Positions 36,229-48,353 of a stretch of 64,000 nucleotides of DNA are shown here, piece after piece. Under the pieces are notes generated by a model. It saw only the letters and a list, made by a program, of their open reading frames with translations. It did not search any database and was not told the origin of the DNA. Both the position numbers and the translations under genes were made by a program. Source of the DNA: Selaginella moellendorffii (lineage: Eukaryota > Plantae > Lycopodiophyta); the NCBI RefSeq assembly GCF_000143415.4, contig NW_003314285.1, forward strand, positions 145,102-209,101, in the 5' to 3' direction. How positions within the stretch are numbered: position 1 is the stretch's first letter; each line of letters opens with the position of its first letter.

Positions 36229-37242
36229 CCAAAGGCCCAACTATTAAGTCTCACTAATCTTTGGGACTGTCAACTATATTGCCAAGCAAAATGGCCTCTA
36301 GATTAGTAAGGAGAGGCATCTATCAAGGCATTAAAATGGCATCACTAGAGAGTATCAAGGTGTGGATTGCAAATATGGAGTTGAGTTTCTCCAGCACCAT
36401 ATCAACTCTAGGATGAACTTTCTAACACTTAGTTCTTTATGAGTAAGCTTTTTAAGATAAAACTACATAAAAATTTATTAATATCATTATTTTCTATTAT
36501 TTCTAATTTAAGAATTATTTTATAGAAATTAAAAGAAGATAAGGAGTTTAAATAAAACTAAATTGGCATTTTATTATATTTCACAGTATAAATGTTTCAC
36601 ATCTTGTAAATTATACTTGTTGAATGAAAACAAATTATATATATTCAGTATGTTTTTAACTAGTTTAATATTTATCAATAAATATTAAATATAATTTTTC
36701 AGGATAAATAATATTCAATATTAACTTTATCTATTTAATTTTATGTATTATTACTTGTCAAAATGTTTTTTCCCACTTTAGCTCTTCCCACATTTTATTT
36801 ATATATTACTATAGAGTTTCTTTATTTTATCATTTTTACACATAATTAGTTTTATGCTGTTTTGATTTTAATTTTTTATTATGTTTTGAATAGAAAATTA
36901 AATTACTTAATTTTTAAAATAAAAAAAATTAATTTTTTTTATAATTTTATAGTTGATAATGAGAGTTCTTTTAAATCTCATTCCATGAATTTAGAGAAAT
37001 CATAATAAATTATTATTGAAGATATTAATAACACTCTTCAAAATATATCAATCATATATTATAATATATAGTACAAGATTTGTAAACAGTTTTTAAGTTA
37101 AAATAATGAAATTATAAAAACTTATAATAATAATAAGTAAATAAAAGTGAATTATTTTTCCTGTTAAATTATTTTATCAATACTTCTAGTTCTTACTTTT
37201 GTTTTTTATATAATTTGAGAATATAAATTTGATAAATATATT

Positions 37243-37686
37243 TCATAAATTACAAGTAGAAAATAATGATTTGGATGATTTTATATTTGATTTTGTATCT
37301 AGAAGTTCATCCCTTGCATGCTCCACTCGTAAAGACAGAGACCCATCACGTAAAGTGAGTATGCTTCCTGGGTCATAATAACTAAGACATATATTCCATA
37401 TATCTGTAACAGCTTCTGTAAAGTCATTAAATGTTGATTGGTGGTTCCATCCAATTTGAAGGAAGCAACCCAAAGTTCCAACTCTTGCAGTATAAAATCC
37501 AGATGCATATGAACTCTGTACAAAATTATTCCATACCATAGTTACGCATCTACAATATTCCTCAGGATTTGTTGCTCTTCTAAAAGTTCTAATGCATGTT
37601 TGAAAGGATTCAGAGGAGTAAGAGTGGGCTACTCTACAACAAATAAATATAAGATATATAAATACAAGAGATTTCCAGAATTTCAT
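37243..37686 (-). CDS. Small secreted Cys-rich protein, paralog 1 (unknown function)
   Basis: Intronless, with an N-terminal hydrophobic signal (MKFWKSLVFIYLIFICC). Shares QTCIR, VWNNF, RVGTLGCF, WNICL and LRVEH with 44682-45125 and 58953-59399. Confidence 0.8.
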   Translation of the reverse strand: MKFWKSLVFIYLIFICCRVAHSYSSESFQTCIRTFRRATNPEEYCRCVTMVWNNFVQSSYASGFYTARVGTLGCFLQIGWNHQSTFNDFTEAVTDIWNICLSYYDPGSILTLRDGSLSLRVEHARDELLDTKSNIKSSKSLFSTCNL

Positions 37687-38159
37687 ATTCTCACTAATAA
37701 TTTTTATGGAATGCTTTGGGTTTATAAGATCCAAACAGAATAAAACAAAAACACATTAATAATTTCTAATGATAGACAATAATAAGCGTATATTCTTGTT
37801 TGTAGTTTTTGGAAAAATTATACTAGCTAAAATTTATAAACCAGATGAACTTCCTCAACACAAACAATCACAAGAGATATTAAAAGGTAGATGCAAACTT
37901 TGTCTCTCCTACTGACTCAACAAAAACACGACCGTCGATCACGATCCACACCAACCGAGCCCTCGAGAATCCTGGCGATGAGTACGGCGTCGATGATCTG
38001 GTGGTCCAATCTAGCTTGGGTAATGTACAATTGTATTTCAATACAACAAAATTTCCTCTCTAAGTTTGCAGCAGCCCCCCTCCATCTTATTACACTTCCT
38101 CGTGGAAATGGCAAAGAATCGCTCTCCTCCTTTTTGCTAACTTTTACCTCCCAAAGCGT

Positions 38160-41100
38160 TCAAGCTTGGGCCGAACGAGTCAAAAAGTCGTTGACGGCGA
38201 GGTTAGCATCGCCGTGAGCAACCGCGTCTTCTGGTTCCGGCATGAACAAGGTGGCAGCGCTTGCCTGTGAAATAGAGGGAAAAACAAACATTGCAATAAA
38301 TCAGAAAGTGAATCTCTACAAAATCTCTCATCGACAGTACCTTTGCATCGAATTGCCGCTCAGAACTAGCGCTGTCCACGACAACTTGCCCGCCATGAGC
38401 TTTCACCCATTCTTCGCACTCGTCGAGCACATCCTTGTCAGCCTGTGCTCCATTTGTGAATCCCAGCGTCCGAGCTATCACTTCCAGAGGTAACGTCGGC
38501 CTGTACGACCGAGACATACACCTCAGGGCTTCAAAACGCATCCTCTCCACGTAAAGATCTGCCATATTACTTTCGCGTGAGCACCGCTTTTCTAAACTTC
38601 GAAGAGAAGAGGTCTTTACCCATCAAATAGAAGTTGAGATTTGGAGCCGTTTTGTATAGCCGGAAGAACATGATGTAGTTTCCCAGGGCCACGGCACCAC
38701 GCACGGCTAAAGAGTGCTTAACTGCCTCGTCTTCTCGGGCCTCTGGTGTCAGCCTGTTACGTGGGAAAAAGGTCACTGGAGTTTCTAAACTACTTATAGG
38801 ACATACCTTGCTATTGATGACAAAAGATCTCGGTTACTTCCATTCTGGAAAATAATATACAACAAGCTGTACGCGGTGAATTCGTTACAGCAACCGGAAA
38901 TCCCCTCGGAGTAAAGAGTCTTTAGCTGTGTTTGGCACTGAAACCAGCAAGAAAGGATCAATGGCCAGACAAACTACAAAGCAGAATGTATACCTGATTG
39001 TATTCTGCCAGGTCACCTGCTTCTAATGCTGCTCGAGCATGAACTTCGTACACCTGTATTATATATTAGCAGTTGCAAAAAGAAAGAAATAAAAAATTCA
39101 ATCAACCTGGACAGTGAGTTCATTCCGTATTCTCTGTACCGTAAGATCTTGTCGAATTGACTTTAGCTGCTCGCACTTGTAGAAATAGTTTTTGGATGTC
39201 GACTCCACCATTTTCAAAGCCTTCGTAAGTACCTCTTCCGGTCTCACCTAAACAAAAAAGCTCGTCAGCACGAGAACTTACAAAAGACCTGAGCTTACAG
39301 TTGCTGGGTCAGGAGCAGAGGTCAATCGTAAGTAGCGTTTCTCAATTTCCTGACACGTCCCTTTAATCGTCAATGAGTCCCAGTCGATGTCCTCCACAGC
39401 CTGTCCATTCCCATCTCCACAGCTTAGAGCAATCTTCAATGCAGAAGCTCTTCTGTTACTCGCACTGCCACCCCGACCTTTCACAAAACTTTTCACAACC
39501 GTGGCGCCACCCTTGCAGTTTTCAAACCGTTTAGACCTTGTCTGACGCCTCTTATTCTCCTCAGGATTTTGAGTTGTTATGGTTCCTAAAGTAACTCCGA
39601 CCAGCTCAGGGACCTCTTTGTCCTCGCCTGACGCATCTGAATCTTCGTTCAATATCGACTTCCGCGGCCTCTTTCCATTAGGCTTCGTTTTATCCAGCAA
39701 GTTTTTCTGCTCCACCTGTTGGCCTTGCACCTGGACTTGCGGTATCTGTCCCTGTATTTGCTGTGGCTGTGGCTGTGGCTGTTGCGGAATTTGAGGATGT
39801 TGCAGTGGCTGGAAACCCTTTGGCTTGTTGGCCCACGGACTATCCCGTTTTACCCAGCTCATGGATCCAACCTGTAAGACTCCGTAAGAAATTTCGAGTA
39901 GCTTCTTTTAACACTTACGGAACTAGTTTGTTGGTTTAGAAGAAGGGCCTTTCCCATATCCTTCTGAATATTGCTGAGGTTGGCATCATTATTCGGCGTC
40001 GCGGGTTCCCATCTGCTCCTGGTCTTTTTGACCGTGAAGGGTTGGTCCCTGTACCCAGACAAGTTAGAAAAGAAAAACAACATACTTCAATCAATATACC
40101 CCTTTCCGTCCCCTGTTACACCCGGTAGAGGAAACAGTGGTTCCGTGTCCCAGTTCTTTGTAAATAGCGTACCATCAGATGATGCTTTCGTAATTATCTG
40201 CAAGTAACAGAGATTTCATATCATGCATGCAGAAAGACTTCAAAGTGATAGACTTACCTCCTTCATCATCTGCTGGCATACCCCTTTCTGAGCCTCGTTC
40301 TTGCACCGCGCCAAAGCTCTTTCAACGTATGCACGCAAGGAAGGAGGAAACATCCCAGGCTAGAGCAAGAACAAAGGAAGCGGCTCAGAGCAAAATAAAA
40401 AGCCATGAATAACTACCTTAAGTGCCGCATTCGACACATCAGTTGTGAGGGATTTTCCAGAAGAGACTTTACCGGCAACACTGACGTATGCTGGTGTTTG
40501 CGGTAGTGTTTGCGGCATTCTTGGATTCATTTGTATCTGAGGCAGCCAGCCAATGGTAAATAACCATCATCAACCCGTGACCAAATCAGTATACAGACCT
40601 TCACCGGGGACTTGAACAGATTTGTCTGCTGAGAGTATGGCTGCTGCAACGGCCGCACTGGCTGTTGGTATGTGTTGGGCTGGCTAGCAGTCGGAGGAAC
40701 ATACTGAGGATGTCCGTTTGTCGCCGAGTTTCCCTGCAGCAAAACAAAGAAACACAATTACAAAACTGCGAACAAAAACTATACACGCACCTGAGATGGC
40801 CATGCCGGTGGAGGCTGAGTACCAGGAGGCGGCGGCTGCGTCGTTTGAGAGTATCCCTGGGCAACCACACTGGCGTACGACGAAGGAGGAGGGGCTTGAT
40901 GAGTCGCGCTAGCTGGAGCAGCTGCCTCGGTCCCTGGAGGACCACTAGTCTCAGTAGCCTGTTGCATGCTCGCATAGTAGTCCCCTGGCTTTTGATACTG
41001 TGTCTGGTATGTCCCAGCTGCGCTTGGAGCCGAGTATCCTGGATAGCTTGGATAGTAGCTGCTGCCGGCACTGGTGGCGGCCACGTTGTTGCTGGCGTCG

Positions 41101-41850
41101 CTCCAGCCATTGTAAGCAGCAGCCTGATAGCTTCCAGTTTGCTGATACACACCATTACCATAATAAGTGCTTGTGCTCGGGTAGGACGTGGGCTGATATG
41201 TAGCACCTGAGCTTGCGTAAGGTCCCACGTTTTGAGAGTAAGATTCGTTACCTTGCTGCGCGTAGCCATAGCCATAACTCTGATAATTGGAGCTCGCATA
41301 GCCATACTGCTCACTACTTGGATACGTGTAAGTGCTTGGAGCTGTGGCTGCTGCTGGAGTCTTGGCGTCTTGGATGTAGGATGATCCAGGCTCTTGAGTC
41401 TCTGCTGGTTGAGCTTGTGTTTGTTGATAAGTTCCATAAGTTGTCGGAGGTGGCGGCGGAGGAGGAGGCACAGCATTCCATGCTGCGGAGCTCGGGAGCG
41501 GCGGAGGCGGGGCTGGAGGCGGCGGAGCGGATGGAAGAGGTGGCGGATTTGGAGAAGTGATCACTGTGGTCGTCGCAGTGGTAGCGGAGTTATCAGCCAC
41601 GCTAGCCTGAGACACAATGGAAAACTACTTTCACTACCGAAGTCCCCAAAAGAAAAAGATGGCTTACCTGTTGGGCCGCTTGAGCTGCGTAGTAGGCGTA
41701 CCACTGCTGCTGATAGTTTGCATCCGTCGATGGCGTGGAGGAGGAGACTATCGACGCATCCTGGTGATTCCAGCCCCAAGACGCTGCCCCTGCCGCTACC
41801 GCAGCGCCATCGCTCACTACGCTTTGCTGAGGATCCCACTCATTGCCCAT
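38160..41850 (-). CDS. SAC3A: SAC3/GANP/THP3 family protein (SAC3A/LENG8-like), multi-exon
   Basis: Q/P/Y-rich N-terminus, then [51 protein letters not shown] and a C-terminal [16 protein letters not shown] introns; stop at 38160-38162. Confidence 0.9.
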
Positions 41851-42086
41851 CGAAGTTCTTCCTTCTCACATTCTCGGAGAGAGGAGAGCAATCCAGAAGT
41901 CCTAAACCCTAATTCCGCGAAACCCCTGCGCACTAGGATAGAGATTCCTGCAAGAGCGATCGATTGCTCGAGCCAGTCGCCGATGAATCGCCGTGGCCGC
42001 GGTGGTAGCGCCTCTCTCGCGTTGTGCTCGCAGCCCGCTCTAACCCTAATCCTCTATTCCCCGCATTTTAAAATAAGAAAGACTCT

Positions 42087-44288
42087 ATGGCGATTCCCCT
42101 TGGACAATCGCCTCCCAGCGCCGCCGATTTGGCGGCGCGCCTCAAGGCGTGCGCCAAGAACAGGGATCTCGCCCAGGGCAAGCTTCTCCACAACGTCATT
42201 CTCTCCAGCGATTCCCACCGCCGCGACAATTACCTCGCCAATCTCCTCATCGCAATGTACGCCAGATGCGGCAGCATCGATCTCGCGCGCCAGATCTTCG
42301 ACGCGATGGAAGCGCCCAATTCCCACTCGTGGAACGCGATGCTCGTCGCGTATGCCCGGACGGGGTATGTGTCCCAGGCCAGGAAGATCTTCGATGAGAT
42401 GCCAGCGCCACACAAGGGGCTTTTGACGTGGAACGCGATGATTGGTTCGTACGCCCGTGCCGCGGATCCACGTCACGCCAGGGAGATCTTTGACCAGATG
42501 ACGTGTCGGGACGTGGTGACGTGGAATTCCTTGCTGGCAGCGTATGCTCACGCGGGGCAGTTGTCTCTAGCTAGAAGAGTTTTCGAGAGTATTCCCCGAC
42601 CGGACAAAATCTCTTGGAATAGCATAGTAACCGCATTTGCCCAGAACAGGGATATTGTGCAAGCAAGAAGTTTCTATGATCGAGTGCCACATCCAACAGC
42701 CATTGCAAGCGCTGTTCTTATCAAAGCATATGGCCATGAAGCAAACATAGTCGAAGCGGAAAACATTTATAAAAATCATCTCAAACAAGATTTAGTATGT
42801 TCAAACGCAATGCTCTTAGCATATGCCAATAACGGGCATTTGTACAAGGCCATTAATCTCTTTAAAGAGATGGCTGAAAAGGACGAGATCACATGGAATA
42901 CAATGCTAAATGCTTATATTTGCAGCAAAAATCTTTACGAAGCTAGAATATGTTTTGACGAGATGCCACAACGAGATATCGTGGCATGGACTTCCATGGT
43001 CACTGCGTGTGTCAACCTTGGCAATCTCGACGAGGCCAAGGCACTGTTTGATTCCATGCCAAACAAAGATGCCACCTCTTGGACGGTGATTCTTACGGCA
43101 TATGCTCGCTCTGGGGATATTCGTAAAGCTCACTCTTTGTTTCTGAGCATGCCTGTCAAGGACACCGTTGCATGGAATGCGATGCTATCGGCATTTGTGA
43201 ATGCGGGAGAGATGGACTACGCTAAAAAGCTTTTTGATAAAATGCCCATTCCCACCACTGTATCTTGGAATGCTATGGTATTTGGTTATGGTCGGCTGGG
43301 ACAAGTCTCTAAAGCAAAGGAAATGTTCGATGTTATACCAAGAAAGAATCTCGAGTCGTGGAACGCAATGCTTGGAGTGTATGCTCAAAACCAAGGGTTG
43401 CATCAAGCAAGGGATCTTTTTGCAGGTTTTACTTACAAACCAGACGTGATATCGTGGACGACAATGATTACGGCAAATGCCAATGTTGGAGATTTGGATG
43501 GAGCAAAGTCGTGCTTTCATCAGACGCCTTGCAGGAACTCAGTTTCCTGGAATGCCATGATCTCGGCTTATACTCACAACCGTTTAGGAAAAGAGGCACT
43601 GGATCTCTACAAAGAAATGGACATTGAAGGAATTGAGGTGGACGAGTCTACACTGGTAGTAGTCTTTGATGCATGTTCCCAAATTGGTGTTTTAAAGCAA
43701 AGTCAACTTGCCCATTCTCACTTTTCAAACCACAAATGCATGGGTTGCAATACAAAGGTGGCGAATTCGCTAATCAACATGTATATAAACTGCGGTAGCT
43801 TCAAAGAAGCTAAAATAATCTTTGATAAACTAGAATTCAGAGATTCCTCATCTTGGAACACAATGATCACAGCATATGCCAACTCTGCTGGATACAGTAT
43901 TAGCGCCATGGAACTGTTTTGGCAGATGCAACTGGAAGGTATTAAGCCTGACAATATAACCTTGCTAGCCATTCTCTCAGCATGCAACCACTCAGGAAAT
44001 CCTGACGCGGGCCTACTCTACTTTTATTCCGTCACAGATTTCGGGTTGGATCCTACAATTGACCACTACAGCTCTATCATTGATCTGCTGGGACGATCTG
44101 GTAGATTGCAAGAGGCCGGGGAGCTGCTAGAGAGCATGCCATTTGAAGCAGATATTGTGGCATGGGTGACATTGTTGGGTGCTTGCAAGATCCAGAGAGA
44201 TCATGGCCGAGCAATGCAAGTAAAGGATCAGGTTATGGAGCTGGGACCTCAAGGCGCAGCTCCATATGTTTTGCTTTCAATGCAATGA
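42087..44288 (+). CDS. PLS-class pentatricopeptide repeat protein (E-type, no DYW)
   Basis: 733-aa intronless ORF with repeated 'D.V.WN.M' PPR motifs and a terminal E-domain-like segment (MPFEADIVAWVTLLGACKI). Confidence 0.93.
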   Translation: MAIPLGQSPPSAADLAARLKACAKNRDLAQGKLLHNVILSSDSHRRDNYLANLLIAMYARCGSIDLARQIFDAMEAPNSHSWNAMLVAYARTGYVSQARKIFDEMPAPHKGLLTWNAMIGSYARAADPRHAREIFDQMTCRDVVTWNSLLAAYAHAGQLSLARRVFESIPRPDKISWNSIVTAFAQNRDIVQARSFYDRVPHPTAIASAVLIKAYGHEANIVEAENIYKNHLKQDLVCSNAMLLAYANNGHLYKAINLFKEMAEKDEITWNTMLNAYICSKNLYEARICFDEMPQRDIVAWTSMVTACVNLGNLDEAKALFDSMPNKDATSWTVILTAYARSGDIRKAHSLFLSMPVKDTVAWNAMLSAFVNAGEMDYAKKLFDKMPIPTTVSWNAMVFGYGRLGQVSKAKEMFDVIPRKNLESWNAMLGVYAQNQGLHQARDLFAGFTYKPDVISWTTMITANANVGDLDGAKSCFHQTPCRNSVSWNAMISAYTHNRLGKEALDLYKEMDIEGIEVDESTLVVVFDACSQIGVLKQSQLAHSHFSNHKCMGCNTKVANSLINMYINCGSFKEAKIIFDKLEFRDSSSWNTMITAYANSAGYSISAMELFWQMQLEGIKPDNITLLAILSACNHSGNPDAGLLYFYSVTDFGLDPTIDHYSSIIDLLGRSGRLQEAGELLESMPFEADIVAWVTLLGACKIQRDHGRAMQVKDQVMELGPQGAAPYVLLSMQ

Positions 44289-44681
44289 TCGATGAGTCGA
44301 TGAAGCTTGTCGCAGCTGGTTTGCTCATCCTAATCATGGACAACGAACAAAAGCCGGTAGAAGTTGGAAGTTAAGAGTACATTGGAGCTATTGTAGGAAA
44401 TTAAGAATCTTATAGAGCACCATGGGCAAGTGATGCTGTTTGGAGGAGCGAGCATAGGAGTCCTTACATTTCTTATTTAATAGAACAAAACAAGTATAAT
44501 CAGACAAATTTAATAGAACAAAACAAGTATAATCAACTTATTTTGTCTGATACTGCCGACTAATATTCCCTCATTACGACAATACTTATTTAAATTTATG
44601 TTTCACGAGTCAACATTACTTGTCCCATTCAAATCGTTATAATCCCTTAAAAAAACATTCTGATTACTAATTTATATAGCT

Positions 44682-45125
44682 ATGGAAAGGAAATCCCTTA
44701 TTTCTATTATAGCAATATTTCTTGCTTGTTATAGAAAAACTCATTCTTATTCTGTTGGAACTTATCAGACATGCATTAGAAGGTTTCATATACGAACAGA
44801 TCCCAATGATTACTGTATATGTACAGCCATAGTGTGGTATAATTTTGTTTCCAATTTATTTCTACCAGGATTATATACTACACGAGTTGGAACATTAGGT
44901 TGTTTTTTCAGGGTTGGGCGCTACCACCCATTAACATCCAGTGACTTTGCAGAGGCTGTAGATGACACATGGAATATATGTCTTGCATATTCAGAAGCAG
45001 GAAGTATAATCAGATTCGATGATGATTCAATGAGTTTAAGAGTGGAACACCATAACAATGAGTTACTAGAGGAAAACCCACAGACAAACTCTTCAATTGT
45101 TTTGTTTAGAGTATGTAATTTCTAA
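44682..45125 (+). CDS. Small secreted Cys-rich protein, paralog 2
   Basis: 147 aa with a signal-like N-terminus and the same conserved blocks as the other two paralogs. Confidence 0.8.
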   Translation: MERKSLISIIAIFLACYRKTHSYSVGTYQTCIRRFHIRTDPNDYCICTAIVWYNFVSNLFLPGLYTTRVGTLGCFFRVGRYHPLTSSDFAEAVDDTWNICLAYSEAGSIIRFDDDSMSLRVEHHNNELLEENPQTNSSIVLFRVCNF

Positions 45126-47603
45126 ATCCTTCTATTTCTAAATTATCTTTAGAAGGAGGCATACTGAAACAACACATAACAACTGAATGGTTAGAAGTCT
45201 AAATTATAATGTCTAAGTGGACATGAGGTGTATAAAACTATAGAGAAGAAGTGAGTTTGTGAGGTTATTATGCTTATAGAGATAGTTAAAAATAATTAAT
45301 GAGTTAAACAAATATTAGTTCTCGTAAGAACTAGAAAAATATATGCATATAATTTGTTGATGTTGTGTAAAAATACTAGTCTTCAGTTCTTCATCAAAAG
45401 TGTAAGTGCTGTGAGCGATTCTCTTGAAGTGTATATAAGAACTTTCATGTATTGTAAATATGGCATCTTTTTCTACCTTATGCTGAAATTTCATAGTTCT
45501 TGCCGGTTTACTGTTGGAAAATAAAGTTAGAGCTCATACCATAAGCAAAACAAACATGAGTTGACATAACTAGTTAGTAGAATGGATATATTATGTAAAC
45601 ACCCTTTATACATGAGCAAACATTAGTGATGTCTTGTCTTGAGGTGGAGATTGAGCACTTCTATCCAATTCTACAATTCTATAAGTGCCAAAATTCATAG
45701 AATTATACAGATATGTACTTGTTTGTATTAACCTATAAGGTTCATGGATGAGCCAAGCTCATTTCAAGAACTTAACTATAATAATATATTATCAATAAGT
45801 GAATAATCACATCTAAGATCACTATAAGACAATATTATTATGCCACCATCAAGTAAAACAGATTTATCATTACTAAATCATTAACAAGCTAAGCAAAGTA
45901 TCAAAAGTTTTTGACAAAGTTTATAAGGAATCATTAATCATAGCAACTAATAATCACTTTTTCAACTTGCCATCATAACCCTCAAACACTACATACCCTT
46001 TAGCTATATACGTCCAGTAACAGGAATATGGACAAAATAATAACTGAAATCCAATAAACAAACTAACTATTTTAGATGAGTTATAATGAATATGCTGAAA
46101 TGTTTAGGATTTAATTCTATGAAATCTATATTATCTAATTTATTCTGATTCTGATGTGATCACTAAATGGGAATACTACTATTTAAATTTTCATTGTATT
46201 AAAAATATCAATATAACTTATGGAAATGGAGAATTAAGCTGTATGTCTTGAAGACATATAATGTAGTAAATTATAATTTAAATATTACAAATTATTGTTA
46301 TTTTAATTTATATACCTTGTTATTTGGTGGGAATTAAACTTGACGGTGAGTGTGAGATATGCCTTTTAAAGAGTTATCAAGCAATAACAATGATAGGCAT
46401 AATTGGACTACCATAAAATTAAAATAGAAAAAAAATAGTTTTAAAATTTTCCATTATACCATCTTTATTTAGATATATATCTTTTATATTTATAGGATTA
46501 TATAGAGAGAATATTTTTTATTTAAAATAAAATTATTGAATAATATAGTGTGTGAAAAAGCTTGTACTAAATGGAATTTGTTGTTATAAAATCATATGTA
46601 GCAACAACATCATATTTATATAACTACAGATTTTTTTTATTGAAGAAACAAAGTGATTATAAATTTTATCATTTCTGCCTCTTCAAAAGCTTAGGTAATG
46701 AGGTAATGGTAGGTGGGTGTTAGGCTGTTAAGTGGTAGTGAGTTGTTGGATGGGCAATGTAAGCATTGAAACAAAAATGAAGAAACTGGAAGTGGAAGCT
46801 GGATTAAAATCCCTGTAGATGAAAACCTATGAGAAGCACAGAAACACAAATGCTATAATTGGAAAGGAAAATAAATGCATACCAAGTTCAAATCCAAGAC
46901 CAATGCTTGAGACGTGTTAAAAGATCTCCAACCTCAACACTCAGATGATAGGGTTTATCATGATAAGGCTAGTAATACCAATCATGGAAAGCAAAGCTAA
47001 GTTGGTTGTTGTAAGAATCCAATAATAAAACTATTATATAAACTCTATACTTGATTAGTGCATCTTTATTGTGGACTAGCGAGGAACTTCTTTTTCAGCT
47101 TTATTAAATACCACTCGAGCCGCAGCCACCATACTTCATGTAAAAGTTCTATTGAATTCTATGATCCTTCATAGATCAACAAATAAATGGGGCTCAGAAG
47201 TTTTTAAATAAAATTAAGACTGTTTTTAAATCATTGAGAAAAAGGTGATTGTAATGATCATGGAGTTGAAGCAAGAAATACGTTGATTTTAGCATGTTAA
47301 AATTCAAAAATGTTCATACAAAGTTAAAATATATTGATTTCTCATATGATGCAGGTAATTACACATTAATTTTGTGGCAAACTATCAGAAACCTAGCTTA
47401 GGATGTCATCACATGGGCCTCTTTTCCCCCAAAATGTGAGTCAATGGCTCGTCAGGCTCCTTGCTTAAGTCAATTTTTTAGACGTTACTGTTAACAAAAG
47501 TAGTATTTAATCACAATTGTAACCCTTATTTTATCATTTCGGTAAATCGCAGCGTCATCTGCAAACGCAGGTTGGTACCACGAGGGCTAAGAAAGATGTC
47601 GAC

Positions 47604-48032
47604 ATGGAACGGGCGAGAAAGAGAGGCAAGAAGCAGAAGCAGCCAAGCAAGCCGGGTGGCGAGAACGCAGGTGAATCAAAGCCCTATCTTGGTCAACGAC
47701 GAAACGTGAAGTCTCGAGAGTATGGAATTGCTCATGGAGGCACAGCTCCAGCAGGTGTCGCATGGATTCGGGATTAGGGTCTCAAGGATTTCAACGTGGA
47801 TGATGGTGATGCCAGCGATCTTTTGTTGGGTCTTGAAGAAGAGGATCCTCTTCTTGACTGTTTTGCCAAGCAGCCAATCGATCAAGAATCTGCTCCTGTT
47901 GCGGCTGTGGAGGAGGAAGAGAATGAGTTTTCTTTGAAGGAATCAAACAAGAAACTGCAGCAGCAAAGGAGCTCAAGTGTAGAGATGACCTGGTGTGCTG
48001 ATCAAATGAAGAACTACTATCAAAAGCAATAG
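47604..48032 (+). CDS. Possible small multi-exon gene of unknown function (basic N-terminus, acidic body)
   Basis: GC-richer island with MERARKRGKKQKQ..., GT donors and the acidic ORF 47796-48032; no recognisable domain. Confidence 0.3.
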
Positions 48033-48353
48033 ACAACTCAATTTGTTAATCAAAAGCAAGTATTCTACTATAAAAATCAACAAAATCAATAGAACAAAGG
48101 AGTGTTCTTTAGAGTTTTAAAGAGTTTCCTTCCAAACATGAGCATCACCATTGTTGTCAATCAGAGAAAACAATGAAAACACAAGTTAGATTTCTCCAGT
48201 TAGAATCACGGGAGGAGCAAAACAACCCACCATTTTCACTGATTCATCACCACACCAGGAGCGGCGCCGCCATAGCTAAACATACCTCCATTATTCCCAA
48301 AACGTAGCTCGATCAAATCCGATCTCTCCCTATTTCTTTCCTTCTACCAGCTG

